DNA of 64,000 nt from Nitrospirales bacterium (GCA_965203295.1 CBDBCZ010000019.1:928001-992000), one strand, 5' to 3'. Positions 30,884 through 41,283 are shown, numbered from the stretch's first letter. A program made the numbers and translations. Notes: a model not told the origin generated them from the sequence alone.

Positions 30884-32275
30884 TCAGAAAGATATATCCC
30901 ACTGAAGTCTGACGCGATCTTCTGAGACATCACGTGGTGCAGACGGCATCCCAAAGTCGTCTCTTGTTGTTTCCAAGGTTAAATGGGAGAAATCAACCGT
31001 GAGTTTGTTTCGGTGTCCGGCAAAAAACCAATTGATGGCTCCGGTAAACTCTTCGAGGTTATCGTTATCGACAGATTGATTGGGATCGACAAAGCCGTAC
31101 CGGAAAGCCAGCTCTAACGGTTTGGGAATAATCGGAAAGACGTAATGTGGAAAGTATCCGATTTGTGCATAACTTCCCTGGAGATTCGTTTTGGAAAGTG
31201 TGGAACCGGTATTTGGGTTGTCGGAATCCTTGATCTGTTTCCAGTGATATTCATTCTGGATTGAGAGCCCTCGCCATTTTAACGCGAACTCTCCGACCAT
31301 ACCGTCAACGCGAAATTGACCATCCACAGCGTCACCATCTGAATCAAACCTTGGTAACCGACCGCATCCGCTCGAAGACCACCGAGTACACTTACCAATC
31401 GTGGTATAGCCGCCAACCGCAGCGCTTCCAGCTGGCTTCTCATGGTATTCGACGTCGCTCTGTGAAAATTTCAGGTCGCGGCCGAAGAAATTCCATTGAT
31501 AACGACCCATATACATCATGTTTGTATCGTCATTGCGTTCTCCTCTGCCAGAGCCGGTAAACACACCGGCGTAGTACCAAGAATCAGCTATTGTCCCGGG
31601 AGCCAAACGCCCATATGCCATGACTCCCACTTGACGATCAATGGTAAAGACGGTGTTCACAATCGATCGTTCGACGAATTGTTGTTTCCCGGACGAATCC
31701 ACACGTTCCCGGTTGTAGTTGATCTTCCACTGCCCAACCTGGAGCTGAAGCCATTTATATTTTTCAATCATAATACGCCAGTCAATGAGCCGAGTATCCG
31801 ACCCTGAAGACCCCGAACTCCGTGTGGGCTGCCAGTCTACCTCAAAATAATACTTGAGCCAGGGTTGATAGCCATGACCACCGACTTTCAAACGAACTCG
31901 GCGAAGCTCGAACGTTGTCTCATCGTTGTCAGAAAAGTCTTCAACGCTGTCTTCATCGGTCGAATCAGGGTTGGTCAACCGACCTTGAAAACGAAATTGG
32001 ATGGCTGTTTTCCATTTTCCGTCTACTGTTTCTAAGGTGAACCCATTTTTCCCCCATCCGGCTCTTACTGGAAATTCTTCTTTCAGACGCTTTTCTTGCT
32101 CCTCGGCCTTCTTTTCTTCTGCGGCCTGGACTTTGATCCAGTCTTCCTTCGTAATGACGCCCTTTTCTCGCAGGATGTCAGTTAACGACTCTCCAAAGGC
32201 TGAAGAAACGGTCAAAGAAAAACCCACGAACATAGACCAGGCGAGTACTTTCTCCCATCCCTGACCTCTTTGCAT
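30884..32275 (-). CDS. Phosphate-selective porin (OprO/OprP family)
   Basis: Signal peptide, LREKGVITKED N-terminus, FELRRVRL, GQWK, FVERS, terminal Phe; lies in the Pho island. Confidence 0.85.
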   Translation of the reverse strand: MQRGQGWEKVLAWSMFVGFSLTVSSAFGESLTDILREKGVITKEDWIKVQAAEEKKAEEQEKRLKEEFPVRAGWGKNGFTLETVDGKWKTAIQFRFQGRLTNPDSTDEDSVEDFSDNDETTFELRRVRLKVGGHGYQPWLKYYFEVDWQPTRSSGSSGSDTRLIDWRIMIEKYKWLQLQVGQWKINYNRERVDSSGKQQFVERSIVNTVFTIDRQVGVMAYGRLAPGTIADSWYYAGVFTGSGRGERNDDTNMMYMGRYQWNFFGRDLKFSQSDVEYHEKPAGSAAVGGYTTIGKCTRWSSSGCGRLPRFDSDGDAVDGQFRVDGMVGEFALKWRGLSIQNEYHWKQIKDSDNPNTGSTLSKTNLQGSYAQIGYFPHYVFPIIPKPLELAFRYGFVDPNQSVDNDNLEEFTGAINWFFAGHRNKLTVDFSHLTLETTRDDFGMPSAPRDVSEDRVRLQWDISF

Positions 32276-32361
32276 TCTTTATTCCTTCCAAACAAGAAAT
32301 TACTAATGGTTTCAATCACATTCAAAGTCGTCCTTTTTTGTGAAATCAGCATAAGCAAGGT

Positions 32362-32390
32362 TCGTTACGAGGAGGTTACGAGAGGGTCAA
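32362..32390 (-). promoter_or_regulatory. Pho-box-like array upstream of porin
   Basis: Minus strand TTGACCC/GTAACCT/GTAACGA at an 11-bp period. Confidence 0.65.
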
Positions 32391-32481
32391 AGAAGGGTAA
32401 ATTGTGCGGAAATTGTGAAAAATTAGGCTCAGAAGAAGAGGAAAGCTATGGATAAGGAGAGAATAGGCGAGATGGTTTGGA

Positions 32482-33324
32482 TTAGCCCCGAACCCCTTTG
32501 ATATATGCAGTGGTGACGGCTTCCTGGGGGTCTTCAAAAAAACGGCGGCATGCCCCAGATTCGATGAGGCGACCGCATTCACTTTGGATCCAAAACAACG
32601 CCACATCATCTGCGATGCGGCGTGCTTGCGCCAAATTGTGCGTGACAATGATGAGGGTGTATCGCCCACGAAGAGAGACGATTAAATCTTCCACTACTCC
32701 ACTGGAAAGAGGGTCAAGTGCACTACAAGGTTCGTCCAGCAGGAGTACTTCCGGAGAGAGGATCATGGCTCGTGCAATACAAAGCCGCTGTTGTTGCCCA
32801 CCCGATAGACTCAGGGCTGAAGTATCCAGTCGATCTTTAACTTCATCCTACAATCCAATATCGACCAGAGTATGCTGAATGAGATCACGAATTTTTGCTG
32901 TATCTTTTTCTCCATGTTCGTTTAAGGGAAGTTCCAAGTTTTTCCGGATTGACAATGGAAAGGGATTGGGTTTTTGAAAAATCATGCCTACCCGACGCCG
33001 AAGCTGAAGGACGTTGGTTTTAGGCGAGAACACCTCGAGGTCTTCCAAGAACAATTTGCCAGAGATATGACAATTTTCGATGAGATCCGTAAGACGATTC
33101 ACACACATCAGAAAACTGGTTTTCCCGCTTCCGGATGGCCCTACAATGGCGGTAATACATCCTTTGTTGATCGTCAGGGAAACTCCTTCAAAGGCCGGTC
33201 GGTTCGCATAGGATAAACTGAGCTTTTCGCTGACAAGAAGCAGGTGTGATTCACAACACGGGGTTCGATTTTCAAAAAGCGGCCAAGTCAAAGGACTAGA
33301 TTCGTCATCATGTGCCTGTTTCAT
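32482..33324 (-). pseudogene. pstB: Second PstB-like ATPase with nonsense mutation
   Basis: GPSGSGKT...IGL*DEVKDRL...[16 protein letters not shown] 32848-32850 replaces the conserved Trp ([10 protein letters not shown] in pstB1). Confidence 0.88.
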
Positions 33325-34164
33325 GCCAAGACCAATTTCCGCTGGATCCAAGATTCAGTAATCCATCGGGAGAGGATGTTCAAACACACAAGTATTCCCA
33401 CCAAGACCACAGCTGTCCCATAGGCGTGCTGGTCCCCACCCGGGACGTTCATAGTCAGGTCATAAATATGAATAGAGAGAGCTCGACCGGAATCAAAGAG
33501 TGAGCTTGGCATTCGGTCCATGTATCCACTGGTAAAAATCAATGCGGCGGTTTCTGCGATGGCTCGTCCAAGACCTAATATGAACCCGACTAATAAAGCG
33601 GGAGCCGAAGCTGGAAGAAGAAGATGCCAAAGGGTTGTCGAGCGTGATAGTCCCAGGGCTCCAGCAGAAAGACGGTAATCAAGAGGTACGGCACGAAGAC
33701 CTTCTTCTGTCGTTCGAATCAGAAGTGGAAGAATCATGCAGGCTAACGTGAGTCCCCCGGAAAGGATCGAAAATCCTAGCCCGAGTGTTTGGCAAAAGAA
33801 GGCATAGCCGAATAGACCGAACACAATGGAAGGAACCCCGGCCAAGACATCTAAGCTGCGGCGCACGATTCGACCGAACAGACGGTCTCGAGTGGTAAAT
33901 TCGGCAAGGAAAATGGAAGTCCCGAGCCCAATAGGGAAGGCGACTACCATGCAGACCCCGATGATGAAGGTTGTTGAGACCAATATGGAGCCAATTCCTC
34001 CTTGACGTCCAGCATTCTGAGGAGTCTCAGTGAGGAAGTCCCAAGAAAGGCTTGGAATGCCCTTCCAGGCAATATCTCCCACAAAGCAAAGGAAGAACGT
34101 GGTCACAGAGCCAGACCAGAAAGGTGGGAAGACGTTCAGCCTTGGTGACAAGGTGCCTAGACAT
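33321..34164 (-). pseudogene. pstA: Second PstA-like permease, 5' frameshift
   Basis: GVPSIVFG, GRAIAETAA; ATG 34164 (MSRHLVTKAERLPTFLVW) is out of frame with the body after ~34105. Confidence 0.72.
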
Positions 34165-35011
34165 GAACTCGACCTCGGTTGAAGTTGTCAGCTGCTGTGA
34201 TCAGCACAATCACCATGATCAAGAGCAAAAGACCACTCACAAACAACGCCGATCGATGATCACCAATGGCATAGGCCATTTCTAACGCAATATTAGCTGT
34301 GAGGGTTCGGATGGGATCAAACACCGTGCTAGGAGTTTGAACAATGTTTCCACAGACAATCAGAACAGCCATGGTTTCCCCGATAGCTCGACCCGCTTGA
34401 AGAAGCCCTCCAGTAAAAAGTTCAGATCGGGCAGAGGGAAAGATGACTCCACGAATAATGGCCCATCGATCTAATCCCAGAGCAGCCGCTCCGTAAAGGT
34501 ACTTCTTGGGAACCGTTTGAAAAGCGGCATCAGTCGTCAGGGCGAGTGTTGGTAAAATCATGATGGTCAGGATCACAATTCCCGCGAGAAGGCTTGGACC
34601 AGGAGGATGGAATCCACCAATCCAAGGAACCAGCACCATTAATCCCCATAATCCATACACGACCGAGGGAATGCCCGCCAGTAGCTCAATGAAACGCTGG
34701 TACAGCCAAGCTATGGACGGTGGCGCATAGTACTGGGAAAAAAGGGCTGAGGCGATGCTCAGGGGAATGGCCACAAGAATAGCACCACCTGCCGCCAACA
34801 ATGTTCCCCAAACCATAGGCATCACATTGTAGAGGCTCTCAGTTGGGTGCCAAGACGAGTCAATGAAAAAGTGCGCTATTCCCACATGTTGGAGTACGGG
34901 TAGCGCTTCGGTGATAAGAAAGAACAGAATCAACAAGACGATAGTGCCGGCGATGCCAGAGAGACCACGAAGGATCCAACTTAAGAATCGATCACCCTGA
35001 GAATGAGACAA
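34157..35011 (-). CDS. pstC: Second PstC-like permease
   Basis: ELLAGIPSVVYG, GRAIGETMAV, RTLTANIA; start uncertain. Confidence 0.85.
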   Translation of the reverse strand: MSHSQGDRFLSWILRGLSGIAGTIVLLILFFLITEALPVLQHVGIAHFFIDSSWHPTESLYNVMPMVWGTLLAAGGAILVAIPLSIASALFSQYYAPPSIAWLYQRFIELLAGIPSVVYGLWGLMVLVPWIGGFHPPGPSLLAGIVILTIMILPTLALTTDAAFQTVPKKYLYGAAALGLDRWAIIRGVIFPSARSELFTGGLLQAGRAIGETMAVLIVCGNIVQTPSTVFDPIRTLTANIALEMAYAIGDHRSALFVSGLLLLIMVIVLITAADNFNRGRVHV

Positions 35012-35823
35012 AATAATGATTGGTGATGAGATCATGGACCTTTGAAGACTGAGCAAAGTGAATAAAAGCGCCGATCACGCTATGGGGATTCGTCGTCGTG
35101 ACAAGTGAAAGCGGTCTGGAGAGAGGAAAATAGCCTTCTTGGAGCGTTTGAATGGAAGCAGGAGTTTCTCCGAGGGAAAGTAATTTGATGGGGATCTTGT
35201 GCTGCGTCATATTCCGCTGTCCCAATGGAAACATAGGCAATAGCATTCAGGTTGCCCGCCACAGTCTTAATCCCTTGTTCATTGTCGCCAATGATCACGT
35301 GGGCTTTGACTTGGCTATGGGAAAGATTGAAATGCTTCAAAAAGACGTCGAGTGTAGCGCGCCCGTCTGCTTTATGAACAACGGTAATGGGAGCATCGAC
35401 ACTACCAACGTCTTTCCAATTGATGATTTCACCTCGATAAATACCGATGACTTGTGCCTCGTTTAACGCTGTCATGGGATTCGATGCGTGAAAAATGAGC
35501 CCGATGCCATCATGGGCAATCACCGTTCCAAAGAGGTCGCGTTCATGCTCGTTCAGTTGAAGGGAAACCATTCCGATATCGGCTAATCCCTGCCGAACGT
35601 CTGCAATACCGCGAGAAGAGCCGCCGGTTTGGACATCGATCCGCATGCCGGGGTGTTGGGCTTCAAAGCGCTTCCCGATTTCCATGACGAGTGGAGCCAA
35701 GGTACTGGAACCCGTGATGATCAATTTGGTCTTCGGTTGATTGGCTGCGGGGGATTCCTGGCAACTCATGCTGGAAAATGCAAAAGCCGTCACCAAGAAA
35801 ACCTGAAAGAGAAACACCATCAT
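34992..35823 (-). pseudogene. pstS: Second PstS-like lipoprotein, frameshifted
   Basis: SMSC lipobox, ITGSSTL, QTGGSSRG; C-terminus (IPIKLL...FPLSRPL) in another frame after ~35197. Confidence 0.85.
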
Positions 35824-36146
35824 CGTCGTCTTAGACTTTTTGAACGGGTAGGGAAGGAGAGTTGACAACACCCAAGGTCCAGGGCTTTCCCGGCTGAAGA
35901 ACCCGCGACGCCTTTTGCCAATTGGTACAGAACGGCCTTTCCATCTCGGACCCCATCAACCAACCCAGCTTCCCTAAGTAAGGCCAAATGATGAGAAAGC
36001 AGGCTCTGTTCGACACCCAACTCCTCCATGAGCTCATTGACATGTTTTGGTTTGTTCAACAAGGATTCTAATACGGCTAACCTGGTCGTATCGCCGAGAA
36101 GCTTTAACTTGTCTGCACAGGACGGAGGGTTCGGGGAGGGGCTCAT
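35820..36146 (-). CDS. arsR: ArsR/SmtB-family repressor
   Basis: LKLLGDTTRL, QSLLSHHLALLREAGLV, C-terminal GCC; stop overlaps the pstS2 ATG. Confidence 0.88.
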   Translation of the reverse strand: MSPSPNPPSCADKLKLLGDTTRLAVLESLLNKPKHVNELMEELGVEQSLLSHHLALLREAGLVDGVRDGKAVLYQLAKGVAGSSAGKALDLGCCQLSFPTRSKSLRRR

Positions 36147-36177
36147 CTATAAAGAGTCTTCTGATAGCCGTTATTAT

Positions 36178-36199
36178 TACATGAATAATAGTTCATATG
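36178..36199. promoter_or_regulatory. ArsR/SmtB-type operator palindrome
   Basis: ATGAA-TAATAG-TTCAT (36181-36196), ~35 bp upstream of arsR. Confidence 0.7.
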
Positions 36200-36352
36200 A
36201 GAAGTTTTTTATGCCTTTTTTCTAAGGATGTCAATTGAAAGTAATTCGGGGGACGAGAAAAATATGTCCAAATGCTGGACGAGGGGAGGCTCAGTCAGTC
36301 AAAATACTCAAGATTGGGTAAACGTGTTATGGTTGTAGAGGGAGGGGCCGTT

Positions 36353-36742
36353 ATGGCGACAGTAGGTCAACTCATGACCCGAGAATTGAGCGTGATTGGG
36401 GAGGAAGCGAGCATTCAGGAAGCTGCACAATATATGCAGACGAACCGTATTGGCTCACTCTTAGTAGAAAAAGGTGGAGGGTATGTAGGAATCATCACAG
36501 AAACCGATGTCGTGAGAGCGGTGGCCGAACAACCCAATCTGAGTGATCTAACTGTTCAGAGTGTGATGTCGAGTCCCATTATATCGATCGATCGTAAGTT
36601 CTCACCCCAATATGCGCGGGATCTCATGGCTGACCGAAGGATCCGCCATTTGGCTGTGACCGAGGAAGGAAAAATCGTGGGGATCATTTCCGTACGAGAC
36701 TTCCTGGCGTATTTCAAAACGGTTTCGAAGGAGATTGAATGA
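36353..36742 (+). CDS. CBS-pair protein
   Basis: VGQLMTR, IGSLLV, GIITETD, IRHLAV, GIISVRD. Confidence 0.9.
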   Translation: MATVGQLMTRELSVIGEEASIQEAAQYMQTNRIGSLLVEKGGGYVGIITETDVVRAVAEQPNLSDLTVQSVMSSPIISIDRKFSPQYARDLMADRRIRHLAVTEEGKIVGIISVRDFLAYFKTVSKEIE

Positions 36743-36823
36743 TCGGTCAGGGGACTTAAGAATTTCCAACGCCATCGGCAAGAATAACGTCTCAACAAGT
36801 AAATCCTCTCAAAAACTGCCGAT

Positions 36824-38146
36824 TCATTCATTCATTCTTTTCTTTTGATTTGGTTCTAGACTGCCGGCGGCACTGCATCCCGCGATATATCCAGTCGACC
36901 ACGCCCACTGGAAATTGAACCCACCGATGCGCCCGTCACAATCGAGCATTTCACCGATCAGTTACAGTCCAGGAACTTTACGTGAAACCATCGATTGGGG
37001 GTTCACTTCTTGGAGGGGAATTCCTCCTGCAGTGACTTCCGCATAGTTCCAACCGCGGGCCCTCACTACCGGCAGGGGAAGATCCGTCAGGACTTGAGTT
37101 ATGGCGCGACGTTGAGAACGACGCAATTGACTTAAGCCAGTGGATCCCAACTCATCGGATGTGCGTTCCCCTGCGTTTTGGTCAGATTGAGCCTCATGCA
37201 ATGTTCCAATATAGGTGCAGAGGGCTTTTACCACGCGGTTGGGCAATCGTTGTAAGAGTATCGACGCCACGGTCTTCCCCCCGGTGTGGTTAGCGGCATG
37301 CGACAGCCAACGATCAACGGCTTCAAACGACTCACCGGTTAGAAAAGAGACAGAAACTGTAGCCTCCAATGCTTTACCGTTGGCCATGACCCAAAATCGA
37401 CTTGCGTCCAAGACCACCGGCCCACTGATGCCAAAGTGCGTCCAGAGAAGGCTGCCTGATCGCCGATCGACAGTTTTGCCTTGGACTCGGGTGGTCATGG
37501 TGGCTTCATGAGAGATACCTGAAAGTCCACGATGAAAAAATGTGTCATCAAGCACTAGAGGAACCAAAGCCTGATAAGTTGGGGAAACTGTGTGTCCCAA
37601 TCGTTGAGCGATGGACCACCCGTGACCGTCGGATCCGCTCTTAGGCAATGATTGACCGCCTGTGGCCATGATCACCCGTTGAGCTATGATGTGCCCAGCC
37701 TCATGGACTATCCGAAATCCTGTGTCGGTTGGCAGGACATCCTTGACACGATGCTGGGTCATGGCATGGATACCCAGTTCATCACAACGACGAAGAAGGG
37801 TCTGAAGTACGGTGCGGGCCTTGTTGGTTACGGGAAACAGTTTGCCAGTTGCCTCGTGTTTCAATGACACATCTAATGATTCAAACCAGTCGACTGTTGC
37901 TCGTTCGTCAAATCGCTGGAGTACACGCTTGACGATACCGGGAGGACCGTGAAAGTCAGCCGATGTCACCGTTTTGTGTGTCACGTTGCAACGTCCCCTG
38001 CCAGATACCAAAATCTTCGCGCCAATATTGCGCGCACTGTCTAAGAGCATGATCGTGAGATCTGAACGGGTTTGCGCTGCAAATATGCCTGCTGCCAATC
38101 CAGCCGCACCAGCCCCTACGATCGCAATGTCCACATCGGTAGGCAT
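36824..38146 (-). pseudogene. HI0933/BaiN/YhiN-family flavoprotein with premature stop
   Basis: GAGAAG, KILVSGRGRCNVT, ATGGQS, AEVTAGG; TAA 36962-36964 followed in frame by [24 protein letters not shown]. Confidence 0.85.
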
Positions 38147-38258
38147 GACGCGTGGCTTTTCAAAATGAGAAGAAGGCAAGGAAGGAATACGGTCTTTGGT
38201 TGGTGGCACTCGTGTTCCTGATCATCGCATCGAATTTACCATCTGGTAGAGACTCTTA

Positions 38259-38930
38259 TTAGGCTTTTCCGTAGTAGTCGATCACGATCCATTTAAAGAC
38301 GTCCCTCCCATACCACCCCTTACGACCAAAAAGTTTGCTTTCTTGATATTTTGTCAATTCGGCTTTGGCAATATCAGGACTCTCAACGATGGGTCTTTTA
38401 TGAAACTCTATCTCCGACAGGAATCCTAAAAATCGCTTGGCTAGCGCTTCTTTTTTTAAGCATTTTTCGGCATCTGGGGCTAACGGTTCGTGCGTAAAAT
38501 TCAAAGAATCACCGAAACATAAGGCTTCATGATGAAATGTTAAGATCCTAAAAAGAAAATCGCCTTCGAGATTTTCAATGCTCTTCATCTTTTCTTTCAA
38601 TGCTGCCAACTCAGCGTTTTGTTCCGATACGCCTTCGACCAATTCGACAACCCGATCCGCTGTTTGTTGTACGGTGTTTCTTTGAACCATTTCTGGAAAC
38701 ATTTGGAGCGTCTCTTCTGAAGAGATGTAAGATTTCTTTTCTGACAATTCCTTTTTGAGTTTTGCGATTTCCTGGACAAGATCTGGGTCCGCTGAACTCG
38801 TTTTTTCATGAATAGCTGGTGGCCAGAAGTCAATATGGCGCCCGTCAAAAATTGCAATCGTGAACAAGACTATGACATATGCCGCGACCGCTACGAATAC
38901 CCATTTCGGAACAGTTTTGAGAAAGTCCAT
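38259..38930 (-). CDS. Hypothetical membrane-anchored protein (cassette-like ORF A)
   Basis: 223 aa, N-terminal TM, coiled coil, AAGGAG RBS; flanked by GTTAGGC / GCCTAA. Confidence 0.75.
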   Translation of the reverse strand: MDFLKTVPKWVFVAVAAYVIVLFTIAIFDGRHIDFWPPAIHEKTSSADPDLVQEIAKLKKELSEKKSYISSEETLQMFPEMVQRNTVQQTADRVVELVEGVSEQNAELAALKEKMKSIENLEGDFLFRILTFHHEALCFGDSLNFTHEPLAPDAEKCLKKEALAKRFLGFLSEIEFHKRPIVESPDIAKAELTKYQESKLFGRKGWYGRDVFKWIVIDYYGKA

Positions 38931-39318
38931 TTGACGCTCCTTTAATTAAGCCTAACGGTCTCAACGGAGAGTGTTCCGCTTTCTGCCGAGTCAGTTTGTC
39001 ATGAAACGAAGTCAACTCCAGCGAAAGATCCCATCATATACCCTTTCGCTGAGCTTTGCTGTGCGCTTACATTGTTAATCTACCAAACTTTGGGCGGGGG
39101 CTCACCGTGCAACGGAATCTACTTGGTGGGCGTACTTGGGGTCTTCCGATTCAGGATCGAAAGGGTGAGGACGTAAAGCGAACGGAAGGCCGAAACGATG
39201 AAGATCGAGATGACAAACCTGAACGGGTCTGACCACTTTTTTGTTAGGCAAGGCAGTTTTGTGTAGTGCCTGCTCAAAAATAGATATGTCCCCATTTTTC
39301 ACCTAGACAGGGATGTTT

Positions 39319-39966
39319 TCACGGATTGAGGATAGTAACCTTGCACAACACATCGTTTTTCTCAAGCAGCGTACGCATCGAATCTGGAGCGCCGCTGGCA
39401 TGGCTGGCTCCTACAATCGCAATCGCCCACATAGGTTGTCTATATGTGAGTGCGTCCAATATGTGAGAGGTGAATTTCAAATCTCGATCAATTGTTTGGT
39501 AGGCCGCATCTGCGGCTATTTCCCAGGATTTTTTGCTCATGGCTTCTAAGACCTCGGTATTCAGTATGGAGGCGTCCTTTGGCAAATAACTTCTGTAGAT
39601 CGCCATTCGATTATAAGCGTAGTCTGTTATCACCGATGAATTGGAAATACTTCGCCCTTGTTCGAGCCAAAGAACTTCGACGTGTGGAAATACTTCCTCA
39701 TGGGTATCAGCTTCAAAGCCCATTGCTTCGGAAAGGGCATTTACAAAGTCCTGAGGTGCGCTGGGCCACTCTTGTTTGGCAATCTGGTGGAGGATAACTT
39801 TCTGTTGCTTGACTTTCTCAAAGATCTCTCTGTCCCACTCGACGGCGATGAAATCGGGCCGTTCACGTTTCTCTGCAGATAGATTCTTTAGCCAGCTTCG
39901 AAGTCTGATCCTGCACAGAGGCTCGAAGTGTAGGATAGCCGTTATTTGTAGTTCTACGGCTAGCAT
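39319..39966 (-). CDS. Hypothetical protein, TraB/GumN/TIKI-like motifs (cassette-like ORF B)
   Basis: 215 aa; N-terminal His, PDFIAVE, RD, AIVGASH. Confidence 0.65.
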   Translation of the reverse strand: MLAVELQITAILHFEPLCRIRLRSWLKNLSAEKRERPDFIAVEWDREIFEKVKQQKVILHQIAKQEWPSAPQDFVNALSEAMGFEADTHEEVFPHVEVLWLEQGRSISNSSVITDYAYNRMAIYRSYLPKDASILNTEVLEAMSKKSWEIAADAAYQTIDRDLKFTSHILDALTYRQPMWAIAIVGASHASGAPDSMRTLLEKNDVLCKVTILNP

Positions 39967-40296
39967 TCTATCAATAGTAGCGCGTTACGAGCCGTCTAAC
40001 GATTAGCTGTCCGTGAATAACTCGCCCAAAATTAAAAAGCATTTTGAAACCTGTGACGAAACAACTCGATAGAATCTTTTGACGCCTGTACTTCAGCTTT
40101 CACGATCTCCTATGGTGCCATTCTAATATGAAAAGGAGGGTATTCACTTTTTTGGGATCTTTATACGGCCTACTGGAAGAATATGCTGAAAGAAGAGCCT
40201 GCTGAAAGAGTTTCTTCGCCAAAAGAAAAGTAAATTCCCTTTTTCCCAGTCGGTTTGGCGATCCGTCTTAATAGGACTGTTCGCATTCCGGTGCAA

Positions 40297-41283
40297 TCAA
40301 TTGCTCCCCTCGGTTTCAGGCTGAAGATTCTTGAGGATCTCCTGTAACTGCGCGCAGTAATAGTGGCCACTTGTACCCATCATTGGCGTAGCATAGCGGT
40401 ACTTAGGTCGCGACTGGTTAGCAAATTCGAATGTGAAGCGAAGAGAATTGTATAAATGCTCGTCGAGGTAGAGCTCCCAAGGTATATGAATCCTTTCTTT
40501 GATAACTAATCGCACTGAACGATCTATCGCCAGTAACTGGGAAAACGGAAGACCTAAGCTGTTCAGGGATATATGGTTACGTGAGTCTGAGATGTGAATC
40601 AGGGAGTCCTCGTAATACTCATTCGTTCCTTGCGTCAATATCGAATAGATATCTAAGTCGAGCACTTCTCTGTAGATGGCCTGAATATCTTTGATCGTTT
40701 CAATAAATATCTCTGGGCTGTAGGTATACGAGGCATCGCTTTGAAAGTGCCCTACTGTCCAATTGCTTTTCAGCAATAGACTGTCTGCAAACGAAACGAA
40801 CCCCACTTCTGGATTCCGTTGGGTCAGCTTATCGATTGCTTCTCGTAACCGTACCAACTTCTCTCTTGAGAGAGTTCCGCTCTGGAGAGCTTCCTTCACA
40901 CCAATGGCATCGACCATGCAGAAGACATTATAAAATCTCATATGCAGTTGTCTGAGCCAGTCGGATTTCACAAAAATATGTGGCGTCTCGCCGTACCGCC
41001 AACATTCCACACATGTGACAAATTGCTCTTTCGGCAATGATATCGCTACTTCGTGAAAACGAGTAAATATGTTCGGATACCATGATAGGTCTAACGACCG
41101 TTCGTTAATCCCGCGCGCGGCCACGAAACTAACGTAGCCGATGTTCTCGCTCTCATTACCCGCGAAGACACCTAGCATCGATGCTTCGTACTCGTAGATG
41201 TAGCACTCATCCATGAGATAACAATCTCGGTTAAGGGGAACATTTTCGAAAGGGTGCACTTCAAAGTATTCGTGATCGAACAA
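40297..41283 (-). CDS. Hypothetical protein with putative class III nucleotide-cyclase-like domain (cassette-like ORF C)
   Basis: 328 aa; FCMVDAIGVK and FVSFADSLLL; AAGGA RBS before TTG. Confidence 0.65.
   Translation of the reverse strand: MFDHEYFEVHPFENVPLNRDCYLMDECYIYEYEASMLGVFAGNESENIGYVSFVAARGINERSLDLSWYPNIFTRFHEVAISLPKEQFVTCVECWRYGETPHIFVKSDWLRQLHMRFYNVFCMVDAIGVKEALQSGTLSREKLVRLREAIDKLTQRNPEVGFVSFADSLLLKSNWTVGHFQSDASYTYSPEIFIETIKDIQAIYREVLDLDIYSILTQGTNEYYEDSLIHISDSRNHISLNSLGLPFSQLLAIDRSVRLVIKERIHIPWELYLDEHLYNSLRFTFEFANQSRPKYRYATPMMGTSGHYYCAQLQEILKNLQPETEGSN

Noticed and set aside
35820..36146. arsR frameshift suggested by overlap with ORF 35080..35871
   Set aside because: The true pstS2 start is ATG 35823, giving a normal ATGA coupling; arsR is intact.
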